IMG/VR virus record: IMGVR_UViG_3300020044_003924
Location: 1-36,266 of that record
DNA length: 36,266 nucleotides
Origin: a virus
Lineage: Duplodnaviria; Caudoviricetes
Direction: 5' to 3' (one strand)
The notes beneath the pieces are model-generated. The model was given only the letters and a program-made list of their open reading frames with translations, did not search any database and was not told where the DNA came from. The stretch's first letter is position 1, and each line of letters opens with the position of its first letter. The position numbers were made by a program, and so were the translations under genes. Of the stretch, positions 8,198 through 17,293 are shown piece by piece.

Positions 8198-9121
8198 ATG
8201 ATACCTGATTATCTATTGACAGATTACATAACATTGTTTCGTGGTCGTGGAGATGTTTACGGACATGACGAAGGTCGTTGTGTCAAAGAACCATTAACAC
8301 GAGAAGTGTTCCAAAAACATTTCGCAGACGAACCTATGGGTGTTTACCCTATGGTTCCGATTAACGGTGACTATTATGTTGCTTGGGGTTGCTCAGACTT
8401 TGACACAGCAGATGCCAAAGAGAACGCCATCAAGTTACATGACGCATTACGGGACGCAGGTATCGTATCTTGGATAGAGAAATCACGGTCTAAAGGATTC
8501 CATGTTTGGGTGTTTGCTACCCATCCTGTCCTTGCTACAGAAATGCGCAACATGTTCCTTGTTGCGCACCAAGTAGCAGATGTTCCAGCGACAGAAGTAA
8601 ACCCGAAACAGACAACACTCAAGCATGGACAATACGGCAACTATGTGCGGTTACCTTACGCTCGCATAGCAGAACTATACACAGACAAGCAGCGCATTAT
8701 TCATCGTGAACGCATCAACGACTGGGGCAGTCCGCTGACCCCAATGCTACTGTTGGACTTTATTCGTAACGCTATGGATAATCGTACAGACCCCGAACTT
8801 ATCAAGCGTATCGCTGACATGTATGTGGCACCATCTACAGCCGTAACTGTTGTGCCGTCATATGAGTATGACGCTACTCTTAGTGAGGCTATGGAGTCGC
8901 TGTCGCCTTTGGGTAAGGTTATCTGGCGTGATGGTCCGCTGGCTGGCAAAGACCGTTCTACAACATTAGCAAAACTTGGGCATGAGTGTGTGCGCTCAGG
9001 TCTTAATCCCTCCCAGACTAAGACCATTGTGCGCACCGCTGACAACCGTTGGGGCAAGTATCATCTTCGCCCCAACGGTGAGTTGGAAATAGACAAACTA
9101 GTAGTAAGGGTACATTCATGA
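8198..9121 (+). CDS. Archaeo-eukaryotic primase (TOTE-type AEP/prim-pol) with C-terminal helical domain
   Basis: F.GR.DVYG, GVYP, SDFD, EKSRSKGFHVWVF, GNYVRLP. Confidence 0.85.
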   Translation: MIPDYLLTDYITLFRGRGDVYGHDEGRCVKEPLTREVFQKHFADEPMGVYPMVPINGDYYVAWGCSDFDTADAKENAIKLHDALRDAGIVSWIEKSRSKGFHVWVFATHPVLATEMRNMFLVAHQVADVPATEVNPKQTTLKHGQYGNYVRLPYARIAELYTDKQRIIHRERINDWGSPLTPMLLLDFIRNAMDNRTDPELIKRIADMYVAPSTAVTVVPSYEYDATLSEAMESLSPLGKVIWRDGPLAGKDRSTTLAKLGHECVRSGLNPSQTKTIVRTADNRWGKYHLRPNGELEIDKLVVRVHS

Positions 9122-9291
9122 GCATAGAAGAATCAAAGAAAAGAAAAGCACGCAATGGTGTTTATAAGTTTTGGACTTCCATTCCAAAAGCATCCGATAT
9201 CAAAATCACCAAGGCTGATGGAACGGTTACATATCAAAAGGTAAACAATAAAGCGTATGCCGCTAAAGTTATTCGTAAAGGAAAATCGTGA
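9118..9291 (+). CDS. Small basic protein (57 aa)
   Basis: Not in ORF track; ATGA and GTGA overlaps with both neighbours; MSIEESKKRKARNGVYKFW... Confidence 0.7.
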   Translation: MSIEESKKRKARNGVYKFWTSIPKASDIKITKADGTVTYQKVNNKAYAAKVIRKGKS

Positions 9292-9875
9292 CAACAATTT
9301 TAGCAATACAAGGTGACGGATGGGCGGCAATAGGTTCAGACTCACAATGGACAGACGAATACGGACGCATCGGCAAGATGTCCCAATCCAAAGTAATCCC
9401 TGTAGGACGCTATCTAATTGGTGTGGCAGGTGATACTCGTGGAGCAAACATTATACAACACATGTTTGCCCCGCCAGCGTTACCAATTAAACTTAACGGC
9501 AATAAACTTACAAAGTTTGTGGTGTCACAATTTGTGCCAGCGTTACGAGAATGTTTAGAACTAGGTGGCGCAGGTCGCCCACAATACGATAGTGAGCCAG
9601 CAGTATCAGCCAACGAAATCTTGGTATGTGCTAATGGTTCCATCTATCAGATTGACAGCGATTATGGTACCGAGATTGACGATAACGGATTATACGCTAT
9701 TGGTTCTGGTGCGCATTACGGTTTGGGTGCGTTACAAGCATTGGTTGGTAACAAGAAAGTATCTAATACTGTTGCTAAACAGGTGTTACTGAAAGCGATA
9801 ACAGTCTCAGCGAAGTTTGACTCAGGTACTGGCGCACCGTTCCACACCTTTTTTCAGTCTGCGCAAGCCAAATGA
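9288..9875 (+). CDS. HslV/proteasome-beta-like Ntn-hydrolase
   Basis: N-terminal (M)TTI, GSDSQ, K at about residue 35, GVAG, AIGSG, D..TG. Confidence 0.85.
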   Translation: MTTILAIQGDGWAAIGSDSQWTDEYGRIGKMSQSKVIPVGRYLIGVAGDTRGANIIQHMFAPPALPIKLNGNKLTKFVVSQFVPALRECLELGGAGRPQYDSEPAVSANEILVCANGSIYQIDSDYGTEIDDNGLYAIGSGAHYGLGALQALVGNKKVSNTVAKQVLLKAITVSAKFDSGTGAPFHTFFQSAQAK

Positions 9876-10213
9876 CCCACACAATAACTGTAGAAACCAA
9901 ACCCATTCCAAAGGGTCGCCCAAGAATGACACGCCGTGGGCGTGTCTTCACACCGCAAACAACCATAGATGCTGAAACGATTGTTCGTGAAGCATGGACA
10001 GGACCGTGTTATGATGGTGATGTAAGTTTGGTTTGCCGATTTAGTAAAGAAGGAATAACTTTAACTGTTAGCGAAATACCAGAAGGAACATTAACAAAAT
10101 CCACATTACGAGGTGACCTAGATAACTATGTCAAGTTGTTGATGGACGGACTGAACGGAGTAGCATGGCAGGACGACAAGCAAGTGAAACTAATAATAGC
10201 AACAAAAGAGTAA
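9872..10213 (+). CDS. rusA: RusA-family Holliday junction resolvase
   Basis: PKGRPR and DLDNYVKLLMDGLNGVAWQDDKQV. Confidence 0.9.
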   Translation: MTHTITVETKPIPKGRPRMTRRGRVFTPQTTIDAETIVREAWTGPCYDGDVSLVCRFSKEGITLTVSEIPEGTLTKSTLRGDLDNYVKLLMDGLNGVAWQDDKQVKLIIATKE

Positions 10214-10680
10214 ACCAATCCGATTATGATATCGCACCAAAACAATATGATTTTCACACCGACTTACGATACGGCAAACAAGGAGAGAAACTTGTTGAAG
10301 AGTTTTTGGAAACCCTTAGCGGCGGTGCGTTTGAAGTTAAAACAGACCGTTACCGTAATGGGCGTATGGTTCTGGAAATGGAACATAACCCCAGAAGGAA
10401 AGTGGATGAAGAAGGTAAAGCGTTATGGAAACCGTCAGGCTTGGCAGTCACTAAAGCACGCTGGTGGGTCTATGTTTACACGCTTGACGGTGCGTTTATT
10501 ATTGTGGATGTTCAACGCATCAAAAGATATCTTAAAGTTAACAAAGACCGATTCAACCCCAAGAAATACCACGACTTTGCTCACCGAAGCAGCAACCCCT
10601 CCAAAGGATATCTATTACAACCAGAAGATGTAATGGACATGATGATTAACCCCGCATATGACACAGTACCCAAGTTATAA
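10165..10680 (+). CDS. PD-(D/E)XK-type nuclease-like protein
   Basis: G..GE, FEVKTD, VLE, WKPSGL..TKA.WW; start uncertain. Confidence 0.7.
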   Translation: MAGRQASETNNSNKRVNQSDYDIAPKQYDFHTDLRYGKQGEKLVEEFLETLSGGAFEVKTDRYRNGRMVLEMEHNPRRKVDEEGKALWKPSGLAVTKARWWVYVYTLDGAFIIVDVQRIKRYLKVNKDRFNPKKYHDFAHRSSNPSKGYLLQPEDVMDMMINPAYDTVPKL

Positions 10681-11032
10681 CAACCCACTAGGTGACGGCA
10701 AAGACATTCCTGATGTAAGGGATTATCCGCCCGATAGCACGGAATGGCTGATGATGCCAAACCAAGTTATCGTACCTGTCGTGGACAACGATGAACTCAT
10801 AGACACAGTTCGTGAGATTCTGTCCACGCTAGATGACATTGACCAGCAGATGATACAATTAATTTACTACGAAAGAAAGACATTCCAAGAAGCGGCACAA
10901 ATAGTAGGTATCAAAGCAAAGTCACATGCTTGGAGAAAAACCAAATCAGCAATGCGTAAACTAGAAACCGCATTACGAAGTAATGTCGGTTTGATGAACC
11001 TACTGGAGAAAAAATATGAAATCACAAACTAG
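10658..11032 (+). CDS. Sigma70 region-4-only HTH protein
   Basis: LSTLDDIDQQMIQLIYYERKTFQEAAQIVGI...AMRKLETAL fits the sigma70_r4 pattern; 124 aa leaves no room for region 2. Confidence 0.8.
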   Translation: MTQYPSYNNPLGDGKDIPDVRDYPPDSTEWLMMPNQVIVPVVDNDELIDTVREILSTLDDIDQQMIQLIYYERKTFQEAAQIVGIKAKSHAWRKTKSAMRKLETALRSNVGLMNLLEKKYEITN

Positions 11033-11534
11033 AAAACACAACCACAAAAACTTTAATCAAGCAGCGCAAGCAGCCTATAACGCTATAACCTTAGACGCAC
11101 GGACTACGCTGCCAGACCGTGAATCGTTTAACCCTGTAGAAACATTTATGACACGCTGGGTTAGAGGACTACAAGAGGGCGATTATGATGCTGACGACCA
11201 AGAACTTGTAGCGATGGTAGCCAAACGGGCAGGCGTGGAAGCAATCCACTGGCTGACCGACACACTCGGCTCAGATGTTCCCGACATTGTAGAAATCGTA
11301 TGCAAGAAACAACACGACTACGGTCATAAGAATATCAACAACTTTGGCATGATAGGCATTGCCATTAGGATGTGTGACAAGATTGCTAGAATCAAAAACC
11401 TAGAGAAACTTGAATCACCAAAGAATGAATCGTTAATTGATTCTTATGTGGACATTGTTGGCTATTCTATGATTGCGATTATGTTAGATGAGGACTCATT
11501 TCAACTTCAACTTAAAGGAAAAACAAATGACTGA
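11016..11534 (+). CDS. DUF1599 / nucleotide-modification-associated domain 1 protein
   Basis: KKQHDYG..NI..FG..GIAIRM.DK.ARI.NL...ES..DS..DIVGY. Confidence 0.85.
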   Translation: MKSQTRKHNHKNFNQAAQAAYNAITLDARTTLPDRESFNPVETFMTRWVRGLQEGDYDADDQELVAMVAKRAGVEAIHWLTDTLGSDVPDIVEIVCKKQHDYGHKNINNFGMIGIAIRMCDKIARIKNLEKLESPKNESLIDSYVDIVGYSMIAIMLDEDSFQLQLKGKTND

Positions 11535-11745
11535 ATACGGCAAAACTGGAGAAAAGTATATTCTTGACGGACAAGAAATTGTTGTTGACACCAAGTTTAT
11601 ACTAGCAACATTGATGTCTATTATGATTGCCTTAGGTGATATGGTGGAAACCAGAAACATCCCTGAAGGCTTAACCCTAGAGCAAGTTATTGAAAGCATG
11701 GCATCAAACATTTATGACAACATCAAACAAACTGAACCTGAGTGA
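11527..11745 (+). CDS. Hypothetical protein
   Basis: AAGGA SD before ATG 11527. Confidence 0.65.
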   Translation: MTEYGKTGEKYILDGQEIVVDTKFILATLMSIMIALGDMVETRNIPEGLTLEQVIESMASNIYDNIKQTEPE

Positions 11746-11881
11746 ACTCAAAAAACAGTTGAACAAAATGGAAAAAGAACTAGAATCCTTAGGTTCACCA
11801 ATGACACACATACGCAAAATACATGACCTAGAATCATCATTCAAATGGTTAGAGAAACATAGGACTTCTAGTGATGAGTGA
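11714..11881 (+). CDS. Small coiled-coil hypothetical protein
   Basis: Fills the operon gap; heptad pattern; start uncertain. Confidence 0.55.
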   Translation: MTTSNKLNLSELKKQLNKMEKELESLGSPMTHIRKIHDLESSFKWLEKHRTSSDE

Positions 11882-12116
11882 GTTTGACTTTGACCCTGAT
11901 GACATGAGCGAACTTGAAGGTATCTTTGCTGAAATGATATCTGATAACGAAGATGGTTTCCTTATGGAGTTCGGCATAAGCCGACTCGCCGCTAAAGAAC
12001 TGGTTGACCTATGGTATAAATCTGTTGGCGGGGACAAAGAAGCCCAAGTAGCATCATGGGCGGAATACACTAAGATTATAATTCAACTTAAAGAAGCGTT
12101 AAGCGGGGACAACTAA
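11874..12116 (+). CDS. Acidic hypothetical protein, last + strand gene
   Basis: Stop overlaps the convergent stop at 12113. Confidence 0.7.
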   Translation: MSEFDFDPDDMSELEGIFAEMISDNEDGFLMEFGISRLAAKELVDLWYKSVGGDKEAQVASWAEYTKIIIQLKEALSGDN

Positions 12117-15100
12117 GGAGTTGGTGGTTCGGCAGACGACTTCTTGGTTAAATCTTTAAGTTGTTTTTCTAAATCAGACAACTGGAAGTTACGCCTAATT
12201 GCCTCGCCACGCTGTTGTTGCTCACCAATTTGTCGGTAAGGAACACCGAACCAGTTAAGAACATTGCCAACCCAGCGTTCCTCAAGCGATTCTTTACCAC
12301 CTAGTTTGCCACCAGACAAACGAAACGCTTGTGCTAATGTTGGCAAAGCCTGTTCAATAACATAAGTAGCCCTAGGGTCAATCATCATCTTGCCAGTGTC
12401 TGGGTCAACATCAGCCCATTGTGTACCGCTAAGACTATACATTAATTTAGCAACAGCAGACTCAACACCATTAGCGGTGCGCTTATCACCGAATGGGATG
12501 TCCAACGCCACCTGCTTGCCCAACCATATTTCTACTGGCACACGCAACAACGGTGTAGTCATACCAATCAAACCACTAGGGGTAGCAATATCCTTTAGGT
12601 TCTGCGCAAGCCGAACCATTGGAAGGTCAGGTGTAATAACAGCACCAGCACCAGCACCCAAAGGACTAATCTTCTGAATCCAACTAGGCACTAACAACTC
12701 TTCATTAACAGGGAACTCACGCTTAAGGCGTTCATACTGAATGTAAGCCTTAGGGCGAGTAACCATCTGTGTAACCTGCAAAGGAATGTTACGGCTAGTC
12801 CAAATCCAAAACGGAACAACACGCTTAATCTTTTCGTCCATCACAGACAAATCTGTGTAATCAAAATGCACACGGCGAATACGGGCAACAGCCTCATCAA
12901 AGTCCATACCACGGCGAACAGAATCTAACGCCATAGGAATACGCAAAGCGTTCTCAACAAGGTCATTTTTGCGACTATAGAAACCTAGATACTTGTTGCT
13001 GGCACGGGTAATAACATTACCCTGTGCGCCATCAAGACCAAAAGAAGGCAAAGCAAAGTCATCGCTTTGACCACGACCAGTTGCTGCCACAATCTTTTGT
13101 ACCAGTTCTGCTTCTTCTATTTGCTCGGCAGTATTAAGACCAGCACGAGACATCCAGTTAGCGTATGTTTCACCAGCCTTAGTTTTGCCCTTGGATTCTG
13201 CTTGCGCCCTAGCCCAAGCCAATCCAATGCGCATTTCGTCCACGCCAACACCGTCAGCATAGTTCATAAAGGCTCCAGAGAAACCATTACGCATAAAGAA
13301 ACCAATGGAAGCGGTTACATACCGCTTCCAATAGTTGTTTAAGTTATTGACATACTTCCACATTTTTTCTGCTTCATTAGTGTCACGCAACTTCTTTAAG
13401 TTTGGTCGCCATTTAGCGGCAACCTCATCTGGAACCTGAACACCCATACCTTCAAGTGCTTCCCAGCCACGCTCAGCATCCTCAAAAATAACTTTGCCTA
13501 TTTCACCAGCCCTAGCCTTGCTAAGTTTCAAAGCGTTATCCGCAATCTCATTATCAATCTTAGCCAAATCAACTTCACCAAGATGAACAAGACCAACAAC
13601 ACGGTCATAAGCATCCCTGAGCGCAGGGTCAAAATCAAGCAAACCACTATCAGCCAAATGGCGTTCAACATCACGAACCCAAGCCGCATTAGAAGCACCA
13701 GTAGAACCCTTAGCAGGTTTGCGAGCCAACAACAAACGAATACCATCTACTTCGTTTTCAATCATGCGACCCATAGTGCCATCCCAGTTATCCATAGCAC
13801 GAGCATTATTCATAAGAATAGGCAAACGCTCTTCCAGAGACATCCTGACGGCTTCAGCCTCTTGGCTTAAGCCAAACTCATTAGCCAAAATGTTATTAAC
13901 CTGACGGTCAACATTATTGGTTTCTCTAGCAAGGACAGAATCCATGTTGGCAAGCATCTTCCTTGCCCTTTTTACGGGCATGTCCCTGCCTTCAAACCTT
14001 ACAGTTTCTGTGGACCGCATACGGTCCATCAAATCATCCGCTGGATTAGTAACCTCATCCAATTGCCTAGCAAGAGAATCCCTAGCCTCCTGCATAGCCT
14101 GAAGGTCAATACCTTCGGTACGCAAAGCATCACCCTTGGACATTAAATCAAGTTCATAAGACTCTTTAGAGCCACGCAAAATTTGTTCAGCCAACGGATT
14201 ATCTACAACAGTTTGCCACTCATCAGTTGGATTAACACCAACAATTGGTGTTGGTGTATCTTTCGGCAAAAGAACAGCCCACTCCGAACCAACATCATCT
14301 AGGTCTGGGAATATTGTTCGCATCGGAACAAGAACACCTTTGAAACCACTATCATAAGCATCGTTTGTTATGCCACGCAAAAAGTCATTAACCATGCCAT
14401 TAGCAACAACATCGCTATTATCAATAGAGTATTCTGCTGCTACTGCTTGGAAATTGTTTTGTAACCAACCAAAAAAACTTTCAACCTCAAACTCTGTTAA
14501 ATCAACACCCTGTTCAATAGCGTCATCTACCATGCGACCAAAGTCTAGGAAACCTTCTAGCAAATCAGCCTTTGCTGGGCTGACAATTGATAATGTTTCG
14601 GGGATTTCACCAGTAGTAAACACTTCATCAACAACACTACCCCAAGTTGGGTCCTCAATACCAACCTCACGGAATACACGATTAACGGTATCCGCAACAC
14701 TATCTGGTGTAATCATTTGACCCATTGTTTCCGCACTGCGGAAATCAACCAACTCTTCTTCTGGTATAGCATGACCCATAAGGCTGTCAGGCATACGAGC
14801 AAAAGTACCAAACTCATCATCAACAGGCTTGGTAGTCCAAACTTGAAACGGTGCTTCAGCATCCGTAGCATCTGGAACAGAACCCCAAATAACACCATCA
14901 TTAGCATAACTAGCGTTTTCACGGACATCACTAAGAACTTGAACACTTTCAAGTTCAACATCAACCTTATCTAACTCTTGCACTATACGCTGACGACTAG
15001 CATCAAATTCGGAAGTACTAGGCATCTCATCCAATGTGCTACGCAACTGCGTCCTACGAGCCAGCAACCTAGCCTGCTCTCTTGGTTTAGACTTACCACC

Positions 15101-17293
15101 ATTCTGCAAACGCTTAATCCGTTCAGCAAACCACTCCAAAGGTTTATCATCCAACGCCTCAGAACCACTACCAACACCAGCCAAACGAACATACTCTTTA
15201 CGAAAATCCTGCAACAACACAAAACGGTCAGTAGTGTTATTTGCTATAGCATCACGCAACGCTTCAGCCTGACGCAAATACCCACCCCAAATATCATCAA
15301 ACTCACCCTTAGCATCCTGAGACACACGAATACTTTTAAGTCTAGCAGACTCAATAACATCCCAAATCTGATTCAACTCTGTTTGAATCTCATCCATCTC
15401 AGCATCACGCAACTTGCGCCCAAGATAACGACCCTCAAGAACATCATCTAAAATCTTATTAAAGTCTCCAGCGGCAACAGCAACACCTTCCTTTGTCCCC
15501 GCTGAACCTACTTTTGCACGCAATCGTTTGCTTGTGTTACGAAGAACAGAACGAATACGAATTAACTCATCAACCAATTCTGGGTCTTTGACAACTTCTT
15601 TAATTACCAAAGACTTAATAGCATCTGGTCCATAATTCATGGCACGGTCAACATAAGCAATGCGCTGCTTTGCTCTGGCGATGCTTTCAGCATAGCCTTG
15701 AGCAATATTGCCCAAATCATCCTCAAACCATTTGAAACCAACTTCCTCCATAGAAATTTTATTTAAACCATCAATGGTTGCATCATCAACTTTGCGACCA
15801 AGAAACTCTGATTGCTGAATAATCTTTCCATCAGCATCATAAACTGGTGCCCTAAGTTTACGGAAATGCAATGTACCATTGGTTTCCAACAAATCTCTTT
15901 CAGTCATCTCAGCAGAACGATAACCAGACTTGGTTACAGTGCCATCACCCAAAGTCCAAGCCTTTGCTTCTGGTGTAATCTTATGGAACAAGTGATTATC
16001 CAAATAACCCATTTGGCTTACTTCTAAACCATAAGCGTCACCAAGATTGCGTTGAAGCGCAACGACTTCGTTGCGCAACTTATCAGACCAACCCTTATAA
16101 TCAGAATAAACTTGCTTAGCAGCATCACTAAGACCAGCATCAGACCCACGCTCAATAGCCTTATAGACTTGACCAACAGTTTCGTCAGTTAAACCAGCAG
16201 CCCTAGCATTTTCCATTGTTTGAGAAATCTGACCAATAGCCTGTTTCAAAGCAGTAGTATAAGTACCCTTAGCCCAATCACTAGCAGACATTTCCATCAA
16301 ACCCTGAATAAATTCAGGTTTGTAAATGTTCTGTGTAGCAGCCCGACCAAAACCCTTAACAGTCAAATCTTTTAAGGATTCTGCGGTAGTTTTCTGTAGA
16401 AGAACTTTGCCAGCAGTAGTACCAGCAACAACATCACCAATACTAGCACGGACAGGAGCGACAGAGTATCTCCATGCTTTAGCCAAACCACTAGTATAAG
16501 GTATTTCCTTACCCATGTACTTTACACCAGCAACAATACCTTCAGCCTCACGAATATTCTTTGGTATAGCAGTAGCACCATAACGAGCAATATTGGATAA
16601 CAACGGTTTCAACTCGGGATACTTTGGGGCAAGCAACGCTGCTTTGTTAGCCAAAGCAAATCGTGTAGCCTTAGAAGCGGCACTAGCACCCAAAGTCAAA
16701 TAGGTTGTTGGGTCAAAAACAGTGTCTAAAGCAAAGTTCGTTATACCTTTAACAAACTTGTTTTGCACACCAGCAGCCTCGGCGGCACTAAATCCCTTTG
16801 TCCGTGCTTGTTTAACAAAGTCCTCTAGGCTTGGACCTTCGCCACGCATAACATCAATAAGTTCTTTAGTGGCACTTTGACCAATTTGTTGAAACGGCGA
16901 CACAACAGTGTCGTAAACTTCAAATGCGCCTTTAGCCAGTTTTGCTGGAGCAGAAGCAATACCTTTAAGAAGTTCGCCAATAGGTCCCCTATTGGCTACC
17001 GAAGAACTAGTACCACCAGCAATAGCCAAAGCAGCAGACCTAGCCTTAGCCTGTTCAGCAAAACTTAACTTAGGATTAACAGCAAGACCAGTAACAATCT
17101 GTTTTGTTTTTTGCTCAAGTTTATTTTTCTCTTCAGAAAAAGTGGTTTTGGATTTTCCACCTTTTGCCGTGATGGTCAAGTTTACAACTGTGCCATCTCC
17201 CTTGACATATACTGGGTTTCCTTCAGAGTCAAAACCATAACCAGTGGTAGCAGAACTAGATTTTTGCGAAAAAGGAGAACGCTGGACAACCAT
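12113..17293 (-). CDS. Large internal virion / DNA-ejection (polyvalent-type) protein, 1726 aa
   Basis: Last of three genes after tail tube; DPTTYLT-type N-terminal motif; C-terminal FDYTDLS..D..IKRVVPFW.WTSRN.PLQ. Confidence 0.75.
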   Translation of the reverse strand: MVVQRSPFSQKSSSATTGYGFDSEGNPVYVKGDGTVVNLTITAKGGKSKTTFSEEKNKLEQKTKQIVTGLAVNPKLSFAEQAKARSAALAIAGGTSSSVANRGPIGELLKGIASAPAKLAKGAFEVYDTVVSPFQQIGQSATKELIDVMRGEGPSLEDFVKQARTKGFSAAEAAGVQNKFVKGITNFALDTVFDPTTYLTLGASAASKATRFALANKAALLAPKYPELKPLLSNIARYGATAIPKNIREAEGIVAGVKYMGKEIPYTSGLAKAWRYSVAPVRASIGDVVAGTTAGKVLLQKTTAESLKDLTVKGFGRAATQNIYKPEFIQGLMEMSASDWAKGTYTTALKQAIGQISQTMENARAAGLTDETVGQVYKAIERGSDAGLSDAAKQVYSDYKGWSDKLRNEVVALQRNLGDAYGLEVSQMGYLDNHLFHKITPEAKAWTLGDGTVTKSGYRSAEMTERDLLETNGTLHFRKLRAPVYDADGKIIQQSEFLGRKVDDATIDGLNKISMEEVGFKWFEDDLGNIAQGYAESIARAKQRIAYVDRAMNYGPDAIKSLVIKEVVKDPELVDELIRIRSVLRNTSKRLRAKVGSAGTKEGVAVAAGDFNKILDDVLEGRYLGRKLRDAEMDEIQTELNQIWDVIESARLKSIRVSQDAKGEFDDIWGGYLRQAEALRDAIANNTTDRFVLLQDFRKEYVRLAGVGSGSEALDDKPLEWFAERIKRLQNGGKSKPREQARLLARRTQLRSTLDEMPSTSEFDASRQRIVQELDKVDVELESVQVLSDVRENASYANDGVIWGSVPDATDAEAPFQVWTTKPVDDEFGTFARMPDSLMGHAIPEEELVDFRSAETMGQMITPDSVADTVNRVFREVGIEDPTWGSVVDEVFTTGEIPETLSIVSPAKADLLEGFLDFGRMVDDAIEQGVDLTEFEVESFFGWLQNNFQAVAAEYSIDNSDVVANGMVNDFLRGITNDAYDSGFKGVLVPMRTIFPDLDDVGSEWAVLLPKDTPTPIVGVNPTDEWQTVVDNPLAEQILRGSKESYELDLMSKGDALRTEGIDLQAMQEARDSLARQLDEVTNPADDLMDRMRSTETVRFEGRDMPVKRARKMLANMDSVLARETNNVDRQVNNILANEFGLSQEAEAVRMSLEERLPILMNNARAMDNWDGTMGRMIENEVDGIRLLLARKPAKGSTGASNAAWVRDVERHLADSGLLDFDPALRDAYDRVVGLVHLGEVDLAKIDNEIADNALKLSKARAGEIGKVIFEDAERGWEALEGMGVQVPDEVAAKWRPNLKKLRDTNEAEKMWKYVNNLNNYWKRYVTASIGFFMRNGFSGAFMNYADGVGVDEMRIGLAWARAQAESKGKTKAGETYANWMSRAGLNTAEQIEEAELVQKIVAATGRGQSDDFALPSFGLDGAQGNVITRASNKYLGFYSRKNDLVENALRIPMALDSVRRGMDFDEAVARIRRVHFDYTDLSVMDEKIKRVVPFWIWTSRNIPLQVTQMVTRPKAYIQYERLKREFPVNEELLVPSWIQKISPLGAGAGAVITPDLPMVRLAQNLKDIATPSGLIGMTTPLLRVPVEIWLGKQVALDIPFGDKRTANGVESAVAKLMYSLSGTQWADVDPDTGKMMIDPRATYVIEQALPTLAQAFRLSGGKLGGKESLEERWVGNVLNWFGVPYRQIGEQQQRGEAIRRNFQLSDLEKQLKDLTKKSSAEPPTP

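Noticed and set aside
11016-11534. DUF1599 as evidence of a DNA hypermodification system
   Set aside because: No modifying enzymes recognised nearby; the domain alone is common in phages.
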